Assembly: GCA_038128265.1 (NCBI GenBank)
Contig: JAYPJE010000012.1
Coordinates: 1-37,232 of the forward strand
Length of the DNA stretch: 37,232 nt
Direction of reading: 5' to 3'
Source of the DNA: Gemmatimonadota bacterium
GTDB lineage: Bacteria > Latescibacterota > UBA2968 > UBA8231
Under the pieces are notes generated by a model, which was given only the letters and a program-made list of their open reading frames with translations, ran no database searches and was not told where the DNA came from. This document shows positions 1 to 8,859 of this stretch, piece by piece. A program made the translations under genes and the position numbers. The number at the start of each line of letters is the position of its first letter. Position 1 is the first letter of the stretch.

Positions 1-3
1 GCG

Positions 4-975
4 CTAGACCTGCGTTTCCAGGCGGTCGGTAGCCGGTGCGGGTGCGGGCGACAGAGCGGACAGCTCATCGCGCAGCGCAGCGCTCATATCGAACTCAGCC
101 GCCGCCAGGGCGGGCGCTAGCTGCTCCAGGTTGCGCCCGCCTATAATCGGTGCGGTGACGGCCGGATGCGACTTGACCCAGGCCACGGCCAGCGTCACCG
201 GATGCACGTCCTTGGCCGCGGCACATTGGGTGAATTTCTCTGCCACTTCGTAGTAGACGTCGAGGCTGTAGCGCTTGGCGTAGTTTTCCTTCTCGATAAT
301 GCGTCCGCTGTCGGGTCGTTTGCCGATGCCGTACTTGCCGCTGAGCAGGCCGCCGCCCACGGGGCTGTAGGGTATGACGCCGAGCTGTTCGGACTGCGCC
401 AGGGGTAGGATTTCGACTTCGGCCTGGCGCTTGGCCAGGTTGTACATCGGCTGGATGCACTCAAAGCGCGCCAGCCCCTCGCGCGCGCTGATGCCCAGCG
501 CCTTGGCTATTTGCCAGGCGGCCCAATTGCTGACGCAGGGATAGAGAATTTTGCCCTGCTGCACTAGGTGGTCCAGTGCGCGCAGCGTTTCGTCGATGGG
601 GGTGTCCTCGTCGAAGTTGTGCACAAAGTATAGATCGAGGCGATCGGTCTGCAGGCGCTTGAGGCTGGCTTCGATTTGGGCGCTGATATGGCGGCGGGAA
701 AGGCCGCGGTCGTTGATATCGCTGCCCATGGCGCCGCAGACCTTAGAGGTGAGGACGAGCTGGTCGCGCTCGGGTCCGATGAGCTTGCCGAGGATCTCTT
801 CGGAGCGTCCGGCCGTATACACATTGGCCGTGTCAAAAAAATTGATGCCGATTTCGCGGCACCGGCGATACATGGCTTCGGACGTTTTCTCGTCCGCCTC
901 TCCGCCAAAAGACATCGTGCCAAAACAGAGCGTGGAAACGCGGACGCCGGTGCGTCCGAGCAGGGCGTATTGCAT
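4..975 (-). CDS. Aldo/keto reductase
   Basis: LGRTGVRVSTLCFGTM N-terminus; catalytic tetrad in FFDTANVY, TSK, YFVH; PYSPVGGGLLSGKY and PIIGGRNLEQL; GGGAG RBS. Confidence 0.93.
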   Translation of the reverse strand: MQYALLGRTGVRVSTLCFGTMSFGGEADEKTSEAMYRRCREIGINFFDTANVYTAGRSEEILGKLIGPERDQLVLTSKVCGAMGSDINDRGLSRRHISAQIEASLKRLQTDRLDLYFVHNFDEDTPIDETLRALDHLVQQGKILYPCVSNWAAWQIAKALGISAREGLARFECIQPMYNLAKRQAEVEILPLAQSEQLGVIPYSPVGGGLLSGKYGIGKRPDSGRIIEKENYAKRYSLDVYYEVAEKFTQCAAAKDVHPVTLAVAWVKSHPAVTAPIIGGRNLEQLAPALAAAEFDMSAALRDELSALSPAPAPATDRLETQV

Positions 976-1012
976 GGCGAGCTCCCGTCAGGTTACAAGA
1001 AGGCGTGGAGAG

Positions 1013-1041
1013 ATGGTAACGAGCCAGATGATCGCGTGCAA
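1013..1041 (-). promoter_or_regulatory. Putative sigma70-type promoter for the AKR gene
   Basis: Minus strand TTGCAC-N17-TACCAT, about 38 bp upstream of ATG 975. Confidence 0.5.
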
Positions 1042-1115
1042 CTGCACCGGGTGCGTTGGTCAAGCGAGTCGAGGCTGGGCCTCCTATGGGCGCGCCTTGA
1101 GTGCGGGTCGTGCGC

Positions 1116-1880
1116 TCAGTCGGCCAACGTCCACTGCGGATAGGATTCTGGGATGTGCAGTCCACCCGACGGCATGGGCACGGGCGTCCACACGGCGGGA
1201 AACGACGCGGCGCGGTGCTCGATCATTTGGCAGCGCGCGCAGGCGATCGATAGCGCGGTCCCCGGCGTCGGAGGCAGCGGGTCGTCGAGCAGGCGCGATA
1301 GCCCGTCCCACGGCAGGGCGATTTCCACCTGCCAGCCGCCGTCGATGTCCAGTCGCTCGTCGAGCGTGCCGTCGATGTGTATAGCAACTTCTAGGCCGGG
1401 AAAGGTCCAGTCGAAAAAGCCCCAGCGCATACCGCGCTCGTGGTGCGGGCCGCCGTCGCCGCCAAAGACCATGGGTTTGTGCACCGCTAGGTCGAATTCG
1501 GGCACGTCGTAGCGACTGCCGCGCGGGTAGGCATCTTTCCAAATGAAAAACATTTCCGAGCGGCGGCCGTCTGGCGCAATGGCCAGCGTGTAGTAGGCAC
1601 CGGGGCCGGCGATATAGAGTTCGACGGTATTTTCTGACCAGGTCAGTCCGCTGCGCTCGCCCCGCGTACAGTAAATATCGCGTTCTTCTAGCCAAAACGC
1701 CGCGTAGAGTGCGTGTTCGTCCCACAGCAGGGCAGCGCGCGTGTCGAAAAAGCCGAGGCCGCCGCTATCTATGGAGCCAAAGCGTGCGGTGCGTTCTGCG
1801 CCGCGCCACGCCGCTTTGTCGAGATCGCCATCGATGGCAAATGGCTGGGGGGCGCGCCTGCATAGAAATGGCCCCGTCAT
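1116..1880 (-). CDS. Carbohydrate-binding family 9-like (DOMON-like) protein, paralog B
   Basis: IDGDLDKAAW, LLWDEHALY, GWQVEIALPW, C-terminal HIPE; ATGA overlap with upstream paralog; no signal peptide. Confidence 0.78.
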   Translation of the reverse strand: MTGPFLCRRAPQPFAIDGDLDKAAWRGAERTARFGSIDSGGLGFFDTRAALLWDEHALYAAFWLEERDIYCTRGERSGLTWSENTVELYIAGPGAYYTLAIAPDGRRSEMFFIWKDAYPRGSRYDVPEFDLAVHKPMVFGGDGGPHHERGMRWGFFDWTFPGLEVAIHIDGTLDERLDIDGGWQVEIALPWDGLSRLLDDPLPPTPGTALSIACARCQMIEHRAASFPAVWTPVPMPSGGLHIPESYPQWTLAD

Positions 1881-2707
1881 GCCGGCACCTCGTCGACGCT
1901 CTTTTCACTGAAGTGAATGTAGGTAAAGCGCTCGGGCGTGTGCGAGTCGTATACGCCGTGGCTGTTCCACGCCCAGCCGGGACAGGTGCGGCGCCCGCCC
2001 TCTTCGATCCACTGAAAGCGCGATACGTCCATGCGCCACACATCGCCCTCTTTGGCCGGCAGCGAGCGATCCCCGGCCAGGTGTTTGAGCCCCTGCCAGG
2101 GAAAGGCGATTTCGGCGAACCAGCCGCGGTCTACGTCGCTGCTGTCGTTGATGGTGCCGTCCAAGTGCACGGCCCACTGCAGTCCGGGCATGTCCCAGGA
2201 GCGAAAGCACCAGCGGCGTCCGCGCGCTGATTTGTGGCCGCTCCACTGGCCGCCGAGCGTGTCGATGATGCCGTTGTCGATCAGCGCAAATTCGGGGATG
2301 TCGGCGTAGCCTGCCTCGATGTAGCGGTCCTGCCAGATGTAGAAACGCTCCATGATCGTGCCGAGGGCGTTGAGCTCGAATTCGTAGTAGGCGTCCTGGC
2401 CGGCGATAAAGACCTCGACGTCGTTTTCGCGGCAGATCATGCAGTCGCGCTCGGTCAGCGTGGCGCGGATATCGGGTTCTTCGACCCAGAAGCCGACGTA
2501 GAGGTGCTCGTCGTCCCACAGCATGGCCGCCTGCGTGTCGAATAGGGCAGGTCGTCCGGGCTCTTCGAGATCTTCAAAGCGCGGCGAACGCGGCGCCTTT
2601 TGCCAGCTTTCTTCGTCGAGATGGCCATCGATAACAATCGGCCCAACGGCGCGGTAGCACGTATAGTGCTTGAGGTTCTCTTCCGGGTAGGGCGGGTGTG
2701 GTTGCAC
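1877..2707 (-). CDS. Carbohydrate-binding family 9-like (DOMON-like) protein, paralog A
   Basis: IDGHLDEESW, MLWDDEHLYVGF, YYEFELN, GWFAEIAFPW, HTPE; start moved from 2791 to in-frame GTG 2707 to avoid overlap with the VOC gene. Confidence 0.8.
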   Translation of the reverse strand: MQPHPPYPEENLKHYTCYRAVGPIVIDGHLDEESWQKAPRSPRFEDLEEPGRPALFDTQAAMLWDDEHLYVGFWVEEPDIRATLTERDCMICRENDVEVFIAGQDAYYEFELNALGTIMERFYIWQDRYIEAGYADIPEFALIDNGIIDTLGGQWSGHKSARGRRWCFRSWDMPGLQWAVHLDGTINDSSDVDRGWFAEIAFPWQGLKHLAGDRSLPAKEGDVWRMDVSRFQWIEEGGRRTCPGWAWNSHGVYDSHTPERFTYIHFSEKSVDEVPA

Positions 2708-2720
2708 GGTGTACGCTCGC

Positions 2721-3101
2721 TTATAGGTGGTTGGACAACTCGATGAGGTGGGCGTCTGGGTCGCGAAAATAAATTGAAAGAATGGGTCCATCAGTCCCCG
2801 CGCGCTCGACGGGCCCGTCTTCCACGCAGACGCCGCTGTCGCGCAGTCGGCAAGCTATGTGCGCTAGCGGCTCGCTGGTGATAAAGCATAGGTCAGCTGG
2901 GCCGAGTGTGGTTTGCTGCGAGCCGGGCTCGGTGCTCTGACCGCAAAGGTATAGGTTGATCTTTTGTCCGCCGAAGGTCAGCGCTCGATTCCCGTCCTCC
3001 GAGTGCAGCTCGCGCATGCCCAGCACGCGCGTATAGAATGCGCAGGTGGCGTTTAGATCGCGCACCGTAAGATCGAGGTTGTCCAGCTGTTCTACGTGCA
3101 T
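2721..3101 (-). CDS. VOC (glyoxalase/bleomycin resistance) family protein
   Basis: LTVRDLNATCAFYTRVLGM, ADLCF, GPILSIYFRDPD; TAATG overlap with upstream amidohydrolase. Confidence 0.88.
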   Translation of the reverse strand: MHVEQLDNLDLTVRDLNATCAFYTRVLGMRELHSEDGNRALTFGGQKINLYLCGQSTEPGSQQTTLGPADLCFITSEPLAHIACRLRDSGVCVEDGPVERAGTDGPILSIYFRDPDAHLIELSNHL

Positions 3102-3910
3102 TAGATGTCCAAAAGGTGAGCCGCGTTAGCGCCGAGGACGAGGGCGCGCTGTGGGTCATCTAAATCGGGAGAGAAGGTGCGCACGACTTCTAGTGCTTGG
3201 CGATAGGTCAGATGGCGACTGGTGGGAGGCCAGTCGGTGCCCCATACAACGCGCTCGGCGCCGAGTGCGTTAATCAGCGCGGAGAAATGGCCGAGGGCGC
3301 GGGCGCAGCGCGGATCCCAGGGCGTTTCGGCGGCTGCGTAAAAGGCCGACGCCTTGACGTATACGTTATCCAGCGCGGCGGCGGCAGAAAGACCGCCGTA
3401 GGTGGCATCGGTCGGGTCGAGCGACGACGGCAGGCCGAGGTGGTTGCAGAGAAAGCGCACGCTGGGATAGCGCCGTGCCAGTTCGAGCAGCGTGCCGTAG
3501 TTGGGCGGGGTCACCTGCAGGTTGCAGACGAGTCCGCTGTCGACAAACGCTTGCCACAGCGGTGCGCGGTCGTCGTCTAGCATCCAGGCGATTTCGGCGC
3601 TGTTGGGATAGTAGCTGATGGCCACGCTGCCGTACTCGTCGCGCGCGCGCGCCACGCGGTCGGCCGCGTCGGCTTCGTGCAGCGGCACGTCGGTCATGGT
3701 AGCCAGACGATCGGCGTGTTCGCGCGCCCAGCGCGCGCAGTCGGCGTTGTTATCGGGTGAGAACGGTGCGACGACGGGCAGCATCACGGCCTTTTCCACG
3801 CCGGCGTCGTCCATCAAGTACAGCAGGCGGTCGACGCGGCCGGTGTCGGGAAAAGGGTCCATCGGCTCGTAGGTTGCCAGCACGTGCACGTGGGCATCTA
3901 TAATGCGCAT
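3101..3910 (-). CDS. Amidohydrolase family 2 protein (lactonase/decarboxylase-like)
   Basis: IIDAHVH, NHLG, NVYVKAS, WGTDWP, GANA motifs; GAGGAG RBS. Confidence 0.88.
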   Translation of the reverse strand: MRIIDAHVHVLATYEPMDPFPDTGRVDRLLYLMDDAGVEKAVMLPVVAPFSPDNNADCARWAREHADRLATMTDVPLHEADAADRVARARDEYGSVAISYYPNSAEIAWMLDDDRAPLWQAFVDSGLVCNLQVTPPNYGTLLELARRYPSVRFLCNHLGLPSSLDPTDATYGGLSAAAALDNVYVKASAFYAAAETPWDPRCARALGHFSALINALGAERVVWGTDWPPTSRHLTYRQALEVVRTFSPDLDDPQRALVLGANAAHLLDI

Positions 3911-3922
3911 AGGTCAATCTCC

Positions 3923-4630
3923 TCAGGCAGCGCGCAGGATATGCCACTGCGCGCCGTTGCCGCCCTGCGCCGTGGCTTCCTGATACGAAACGATGAAGGC
4001 GCGGCGACGCTCATCCGTGGCGTTGCCGTCGGATGCGTGCCAGAGCAGGGCGCTGAACAGCACGATAGAGCCGGCCGGAGCGGGCAGGTAGATGCGATTG
4101 TCCAGGTCGATTGGCGTATCAATGCCGAGGTTGCAGGTGCCTCCCTCTTTTTTGCTGTAGGGCTGCAGGCCGCGCTGGTGTGAGCGCGCTATAACCTGCA
4201 GGCAGCCGTGCTCTCGCGTCGTATTCTGCAGGGGGATCCACACCGACATGCGCGTATTGCTCTCCGACATTTGCGCATAGTAGGCGTCGTCCTGGTGCCA
4301 GTGGCAGATCGTGCCGTCGTGCGGCTCCTTGGCCACGAGCTTGGCCGAGTAGATAGCGATTCCGGGATGTACAATGGGCGCGATGAGATCGAGTATGCGC
4401 TCATCGGCACAGAAAGCGGCTGCCTTCTGGGTCGACAGGCCCAGTTTCATAATCCAGCCCTGCGTATTCTCGCTGCCGCTCTTGAAATGCGCATACTCGC
4501 TACGACGCATAAACTCGTCGAGATCTTCGTCTAGGGCACGCAGCTCTTCACGGGGGAAAAGATCGTTGATTACGACGTAGCCCTCGCGCTGATAGTGGAT
4601 CAATTCGTCGTCGGTGAGCGTGCGCTTCAC
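3923..4630 (-). CDS. PhyH-family Fe(II)/2-oxoglutarate dioxygenase
   Basis: YQREGYVVI, WHQD, VWIPL...GCL, LWHAS, distal RR; start moved to in-frame GTG 4630, just after the epimerase stop. Confidence 0.9.
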   Translation of the reverse strand: MKRTLTDDELIHYQREGYVVINDLFPREELRALDEDLDEFMRRSEYAHFKSGSENTQGWIMKLGLSTQKAAAFCADERILDLIAPIVHPGIAIYSAKLVAKEPHDGTICHWHQDDAYYAQMSESNTRMSVWIPLQNTTREHGCLQVIARSHQRGLQPYSKKEGGTCNLGIDTPIDLDNRIYLPAPAGSIVLFSALLWHASDGNATDERRRAFIVSYQEATAQGGNGAQWHILRAA

Positions 4631-4647
4631 GGGAGGACTCGCGGTCG

Positions 4648-5553
4648 TCAAGTGCGCAGGAGATGGTCTACGTGTTGGCGCAGGCCGTCTGCAAGCGGCG
4701 TGCTGGGAACGGCTGCGCCGCTTTGCTGGAGCTTGCGCATATCGTAGATGCGGTGGCACAGGAAAGGAGCCGAGTTGGGGTTGTCGTGCAGGTAGGCGTC
4801 AACGGGTAGCTCTTCCACGGCTAGTTCCACGCCTAGGTGGTCGGCAATGATTTGGTAGTAGGTGCGCGATTCGACGATGTCGGGACCAGCTGCGCAAAAA
4901 ATGTGTCCGTGCGTGTTGGCGTTGCCAAGACAGCTTAGGCACAGGGTCGCCAAGTCCGGGGCGAAGATGGGTTGCTGCAGAAAATAGCCGCCGCCGACTA
5001 AGCCCAACGCTTGGCCGGCGCGCAGTTTTTCAACGAGCGCGGCGTCGCGGCCGTGCGCGGGCAGGCAGCCCAACAGCGAACCCGGTCCGTAAATGTGGCA
5101 GGGGCGCAGCACGGTCCAGACCATGTCGCCCGCGTCTGCGTTGAGCAGGACCTCTTCGCAGCGCCGCTTGTCGCCGCCGTAGCCGCCTGTGGCGTAGTGG
5201 TCTGTCTCTTCGCTCTGGGGCAGGCGGCGGTGGGCTGGGTCAAAAGTGAAGTCAGTGGAGATAAATACCAGGTGGTCGGCCCTATCCGATAGCACTTCGA
5301 CGTCCTGACGGGCATCGTCGGGTTGAAAGCCGATGCAGTCGACGACTAGGTCCCATCGGACGTTGGCTGCGCGCACGGCGTTGGCAAAGGCATCGCGCTC
5401 TTTGCGGTCGGCGACGATAGCCTGCACTCCGTCGGCAACTGGGCGCTGGCCGCGGGTTATCGCCCAGACGCTGTGGCCCTGTTCCAGGGCCATGCGGGCC
5501 AAGGTGCCGCTAACGAATCCACTGCCGCCTATCAGAAGGATGTTGGCCGACAT
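4648..5553 (-). CDS. NAD-dependent epimerase/dehydratase family protein
   Basis: ILLIGGSGFVSG Rossmann motif, FIST, YGGDK (YxxxK), LRPCHIYGP; ATG 5553 has a GGAG RBS. Confidence 0.88.
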   Translation of the reverse strand: MSANILLIGGSGFVSGTLARMALEQGHSVWAITRGQRPVADGVQAIVADRKERDAFANAVRAANVRWDLVVDCIGFQPDDARQDVEVLSDRADHLVFISTDFTFDPAHRRLPQSEETDHYATGGYGGDKRRCEEVLLNADAGDMVWTVLRPCHIYGPGSLLGCLPAHGRDAALVEKLRAGQALGLVGGGYFLQQPIFAPDLATLCLSCLGNANTHGHIFCAAGPDIVESRTYYQIIADHLGVELAVEELPVDAYLHDNPNSAPFLCHRIYDMRKLQQSGAAVPSTPLADGLRQHVDHLLRT

Positions 5554-5655
5554 ACATGCTCCGTGCGAAGAGTAATTCTCATATGTAAGGATGGGCGCCT
5601 TTTGGCGCAAGGAGCGCGATTTTATACCGCAAACAGGGCCGAGTGGCCGCTGCAC

Positions 5656-6750
5656 TCAGGGCATCCAGCGGGTGGCGGCGATGTAGCGCTCGCCGTCGGG
5701 CGCGTCGTTGTAGTAGTAGGCGCTGAGCAGATGGCCATCGGGCAGTAGGACGGTGCGCGGATAGCCCAGGTCGCGGCAGCCGCCGTCGTTGCGCAGAACA
5801 ATTTCTGCGCCCCAGTGCAGACCGTCGTCGTCGCTGATGCGCGCGCGGATGCCGTAGGGCTGGGCGCGAAAGCCGTAGACTAAGGCAATGCGTCCGTCCG
5901 GCAGTAGGGTGAGCGTGGGCGGGTTGCCTCCTGTGCCCGTGGGGCCGACGGGCTGGCCTTGGCCGCGCCAGTTCTGCCCGTTGTCGTCGGAGATGTAGAA
6001 GTCGATCCAATTGCTCTCGTCGCCGCGCGGGCGCGACCCCGTGCGCAGGCGCTGCGCCACGAGGATGCGACCCGATGGCAGGCGGAGGCTGGCCGGCATA
6101 ATGGCAAACCCTTCGGGCTCTGGGCCGATGAAAGAGAGGAATTCAAAATGTGCACCGCCGTCGGTGCTGCGCGCACAAAAGACGCGGCCCTCCCTGCCGT
6201 TGCGCTTGGTGGCGGTGAGGAACAGCGTGCAGGTATGTGCGTTGTCGACCAGATAGTCGGTGCGCGCCTCGATGCCCCTTTGTCCGTAGTCGGGCAGGGA
6301 GAAGGGGCCCTGCCAACTGCGGCAGCGATCGATGGAGTAGTAGAAAAAAGAGCGCGTGCCCTCGCCCAAGCCGGAGCGCGCGCACAGGAGGGCAAAGTCG
6401 GGATGGGCGAAGTCGATGCTGCCCGGGCAGGGCTGTGGGCCATCCGGACCGTCGAGCGCAGCGGCCACTTTCAGATGCTCGTTGACGTGCTCGTCGGCCG
6501 ACAAGCCGCGGCCTCCGGGCGTGCGCCCGGCAAAGGACTCGATCTGCCAGCTGAGGCCGCCATCCGCGCTGCGCGCCTGCATGGGTGTGAAGGGACGATT
6601 GCGGTCGGCGGTGTGAAAACCGCCATTGTCGCCGTCGTAAAACCCCAGCGTAAAACCGACGACAATTTCTTCCTGCCATGACCAGATGCCGTAGTTGGCG
6701 GGCCAGCCGGCATAGCGGCCGCTTTCCCGGTACAGCTCGATGTGTTGCAT
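5656..6750 (-). CDS. Asp-box (BNR) beta-propeller protein, sialidase-like fold
   Basis: Five Asp-box-like repeats (SADGGLSW, SIDRCRSW, STDGGAHF, SDDNGQNW, SDDDGLHW) and C-terminal DLGYP; no signal peptide. Confidence 0.82.
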   Translation of the reverse strand: MQHIELYRESGRYAGWPANYGIWSWQEEIVVGFTLGFYDGDNGGFHTADRNRPFTPMQARSADGGLSWQIESFAGRTPGGRGLSADEHVNEHLKVAAALDGPDGPQPCPGSIDFAHPDFALLCARSGLGEGTRSFFYYSIDRCRSWQGPFSLPDYGQRGIEARTDYLVDNAHTCTLFLTATKRNGREGRVFCARSTDGGAHFEFLSFIGPEPEGFAIMPASLRLPSGRILVAQRLRTGSRPRGDESNWIDFYISDDNGQNWRGQGQPVGPTGTGGNPPTLTLLPDGRIALVYGFRAQPYGIRARISDDDGLHWGAEIVLRNDGGCRDLGYPRTVLLPDGHLLSAYYYNDAPDGERYIAATRWMP

Positions 6751-6813
6751 GTATGCCTTGCGGGAAGGTGGAAATGCTCGCAGCAGTGGAACGGGCTTAG
6801 CGCGCGGCGGTCT

Positions 6814-7596
6814 TCACTTTCGCCACGCACCGTCTTTGAGCGCTGCGACGCCCTGTTTGAGCCCTTGCTGATAGATCCACAGATCGCCCCAATAGGCGAT
6901 GCAGCGAAATCCCTGGCGCATGCGCTCAAGGCCCTCGTCTACGGAGGGAACCATAAAGGCGGCCGTCTTTCCGTGGCGCTCGCAGGCCGTTACGACGCGC
7001 TCCAGTGCGCCGAGAAAGGTTGGGTGCTCAAACTGACCGGGAATGCCGAGAAAGTTGCTCAGATCGAATTGGCCGATCCACAAAATGTCGATGCCGTCAA
7101 TAGCGGCAATGCGCTCGACGTTTTCCAAGCCGGGTCGGTTTTCAATCTGCGCAATAAGCACGACTTCGTCGTTGGCGCTGCGCATTTTCTGCAACACGTC
7201 GCCGCCGACATAGCCGTCGTGGGCCATGTGAAAGGCTGCGCCGCGCTGGCCCAGCGGCGGGTACTTGGCCGACTGGACGATGACTTCGGCCTGCGCTACG
7301 TCGCTGACCATGGGCACCATAATACCCATGGCACCCACGTCGAGAACGCGCGCTATAAAGTGGTACTGCGTGGCCGGCACGCGCACGAACGGAACAATCG
7401 GTGCACCGTCGCCGCTGGCGATGAGCGTGCGCACCGTTTCAATACTCCAGCCCGTGTGCTCCATGTCGTAGATGATGAATTCGGCACCGGCGTTGGCAGC
7501 CAGGCGGGCCAACCCGGGCGTGCAAAACTCAAAGGCCATTGTGCCGACAGACGTTTTGCCCTGCGCCAGCGCATGCTTTACGGGGTTGCTCTTCAT
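6814..7596 (-). CDS. HpcH/HpaI class II aldolase (2-keto-3-deoxy sugar-acid aldolase-like)
   Basis: DMEH, VRVP, LDVGAMGIMVP, KYPPLGQRG, QIEN, IGQFDLS; ATG 7596 overlaps the upstream TGA (ATGA). Confidence 0.92.
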   Translation of the reverse strand: MKSNPVKHALAQGKTSVGTMAFEFCTPGLARLAANAGAEFIIYDMEHTGWSIETVRTLIASGDGAPIVPFVRVPATQYHFIARVLDVGAMGIMVPMVSDVAQAEVIVQSAKYPPLGQRGAAFHMAHDGYVGGDVLQKMRSANDEVVLIAQIENRPGLENVERIAAIDGIDILWIGQFDLSNFLGIPGQFEHPTFLGALERVVTACERHGKTAAFMVPSVDEGLERMRQGFRCIAYWGDLWIYQQGLKQGVAALKDGAWRK

Positions 7597-8660
7597 GAGT
7601 CGGGTCTTTCGCTGCGGGGTTGGGCGCGCTCGGCGTAGACGCGCAGTTTGTCGCGCATGCGCGGGTGGCGCGCCGCCTCTGGATTGACGATGAACTCGGG
7701 CAGGCGCCCTGCCGCTAAGCGGCAGATGGCGGCCACGGCATTGCGGCCAATGCCGGCAAAGCATTCGTCGGTCCATGCCAGGCCGTGCGGTGCGACGATG
7801 ATATTGTCGAGCTCGAGCAGCGGATCGTCTGGATCAATGGGTTCCTTTTCAAAGACGTCGAGGCCGGCTCCGGCGATGCGCCCGTCCTGCAGGGCCCGCG
7901 TGAGTGCCTGCTGGTCGACGATGGGGCCGCGCGCCACGTTGATCAAGTACGCACTCTCCTTCATGACCGAGAGGGCGTCGTCGTTGATAAGGTGATGAGT
8001 GCGCTCGTTGAGGGCACAGCAGACAACGACAAAGTCGGACATGCGCAGTAGGGTGCCCAAGTCGACGAGTTCGGCACCGGCCTGCTGGGCGTGGTAGGTG
8101 CTGCTCTGCGGATCGCTGGCCAGCACGCGCACGCCAAAAGGTTGGAGTAGCCCGCAGAGCTCGCGGCCGATATTGCCCAAGCCGATGAGGCCAACGGCGC
8201 GATCGGTCAAACCCACGCCCATGTTATCCATGCGATCGTGCCAGCGACCCTCGCGGACCAGCGAATCTTTGATCAGCATTTTTTGGCTCAGCGCCAGCAG
8301 GTAGGTCAGCGCGGCAACGGCCACAGGCCGGCGCACGCCGTTGGGCGTGATCGTCACGATGATGCCGCTCTGCGTGCACGCCTCTACATCGACGTTGTCA
8401 TAGCCCACGCCAAAGCGCGCAATAAGCGACAGGCGCTCGCTGTCGGCGATGCTGTCGGCATCAATCTGCGAGGCCAGCAGGAGCAGGGCATCGTAGTCGC
8501 GGAGTTGGTCGCCGTAGAGCGGCGAGCAGTCCTCGCTTAGAAATTCCCATTCAATGCCGGGCGTGCGGTCGAGGCGGTCGAGGCCGATGTCGCCAAAGCT
8601 GATCGTGCCGTCGCTTTTGAGAAAGTCGCGAGTCAGTGCTACGCGGAATGTGTTGGACAT
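7593..8660 (-). CDS. D-isomer-specific 2-hydroxyacid dehydrogenase
   Basis: RFGVGYDNVD, GLIGLGNIG, LINVARGPIVD, LDVFEKEP, APH; start set at ATG 8660. Confidence 0.92.
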   Translation of the reverse strand: MSNTFRVALTRDFLKSDGTISFGDIGLDRLDRTPGIEWEFLSEDCSPLYGDQLRDYDALLLLASQIDADSIADSERLSLIARFGVGYDNVDVEACTQSGIIVTITPNGVRRPVAVAALTYLLALSQKMLIKDSLVREGRWHDRMDNMGVGLTDRAVGLIGLGNIGRELCGLLQPFGVRVLASDPQSSTYHAQQAGAELVDLGTLLRMSDFVVVCCALNERTHHLINDDALSVMKESAYLINVARGPIVDQQALTRALQDGRIAGAGLDVFEKEPIDPDDPLLELDNIIVAPHGLAWTDECFAGIGRNAVAAICRLAAGRLPEFIVNPEAARHPRMRDKLRVYAERAQPRSERPDS

Positions 8661-8747
8661 AAACTTGGCTTGGTTGCGGTTGGGTGTAGTAAAGGGACAG
8701 AGAAGATACCGAGAATGAAAAAACACGTGCTGCAAAACAGAGTGCAA

Positions 8748-8776
8748 AAAATAGAACATCTCTTCTTAAGTCGCAA
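8748..8776 (-). promoter_or_regulatory. Putative sigma70-type promoter for the dehydrogenase/aldolase operon
   Basis: Minus strand TTGCGA-N17-TATTTT within an AT-rich intergenic region. Confidence 0.35.
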
Positions 8777-8859
8777 AAATTGGCGCTGATCGCATGGCTC
8801 GGGGCAGGATAATTCGGTGCCCAAACTGAGTAAAAAAGCGAAGGGGTGAACCGCTCGAT

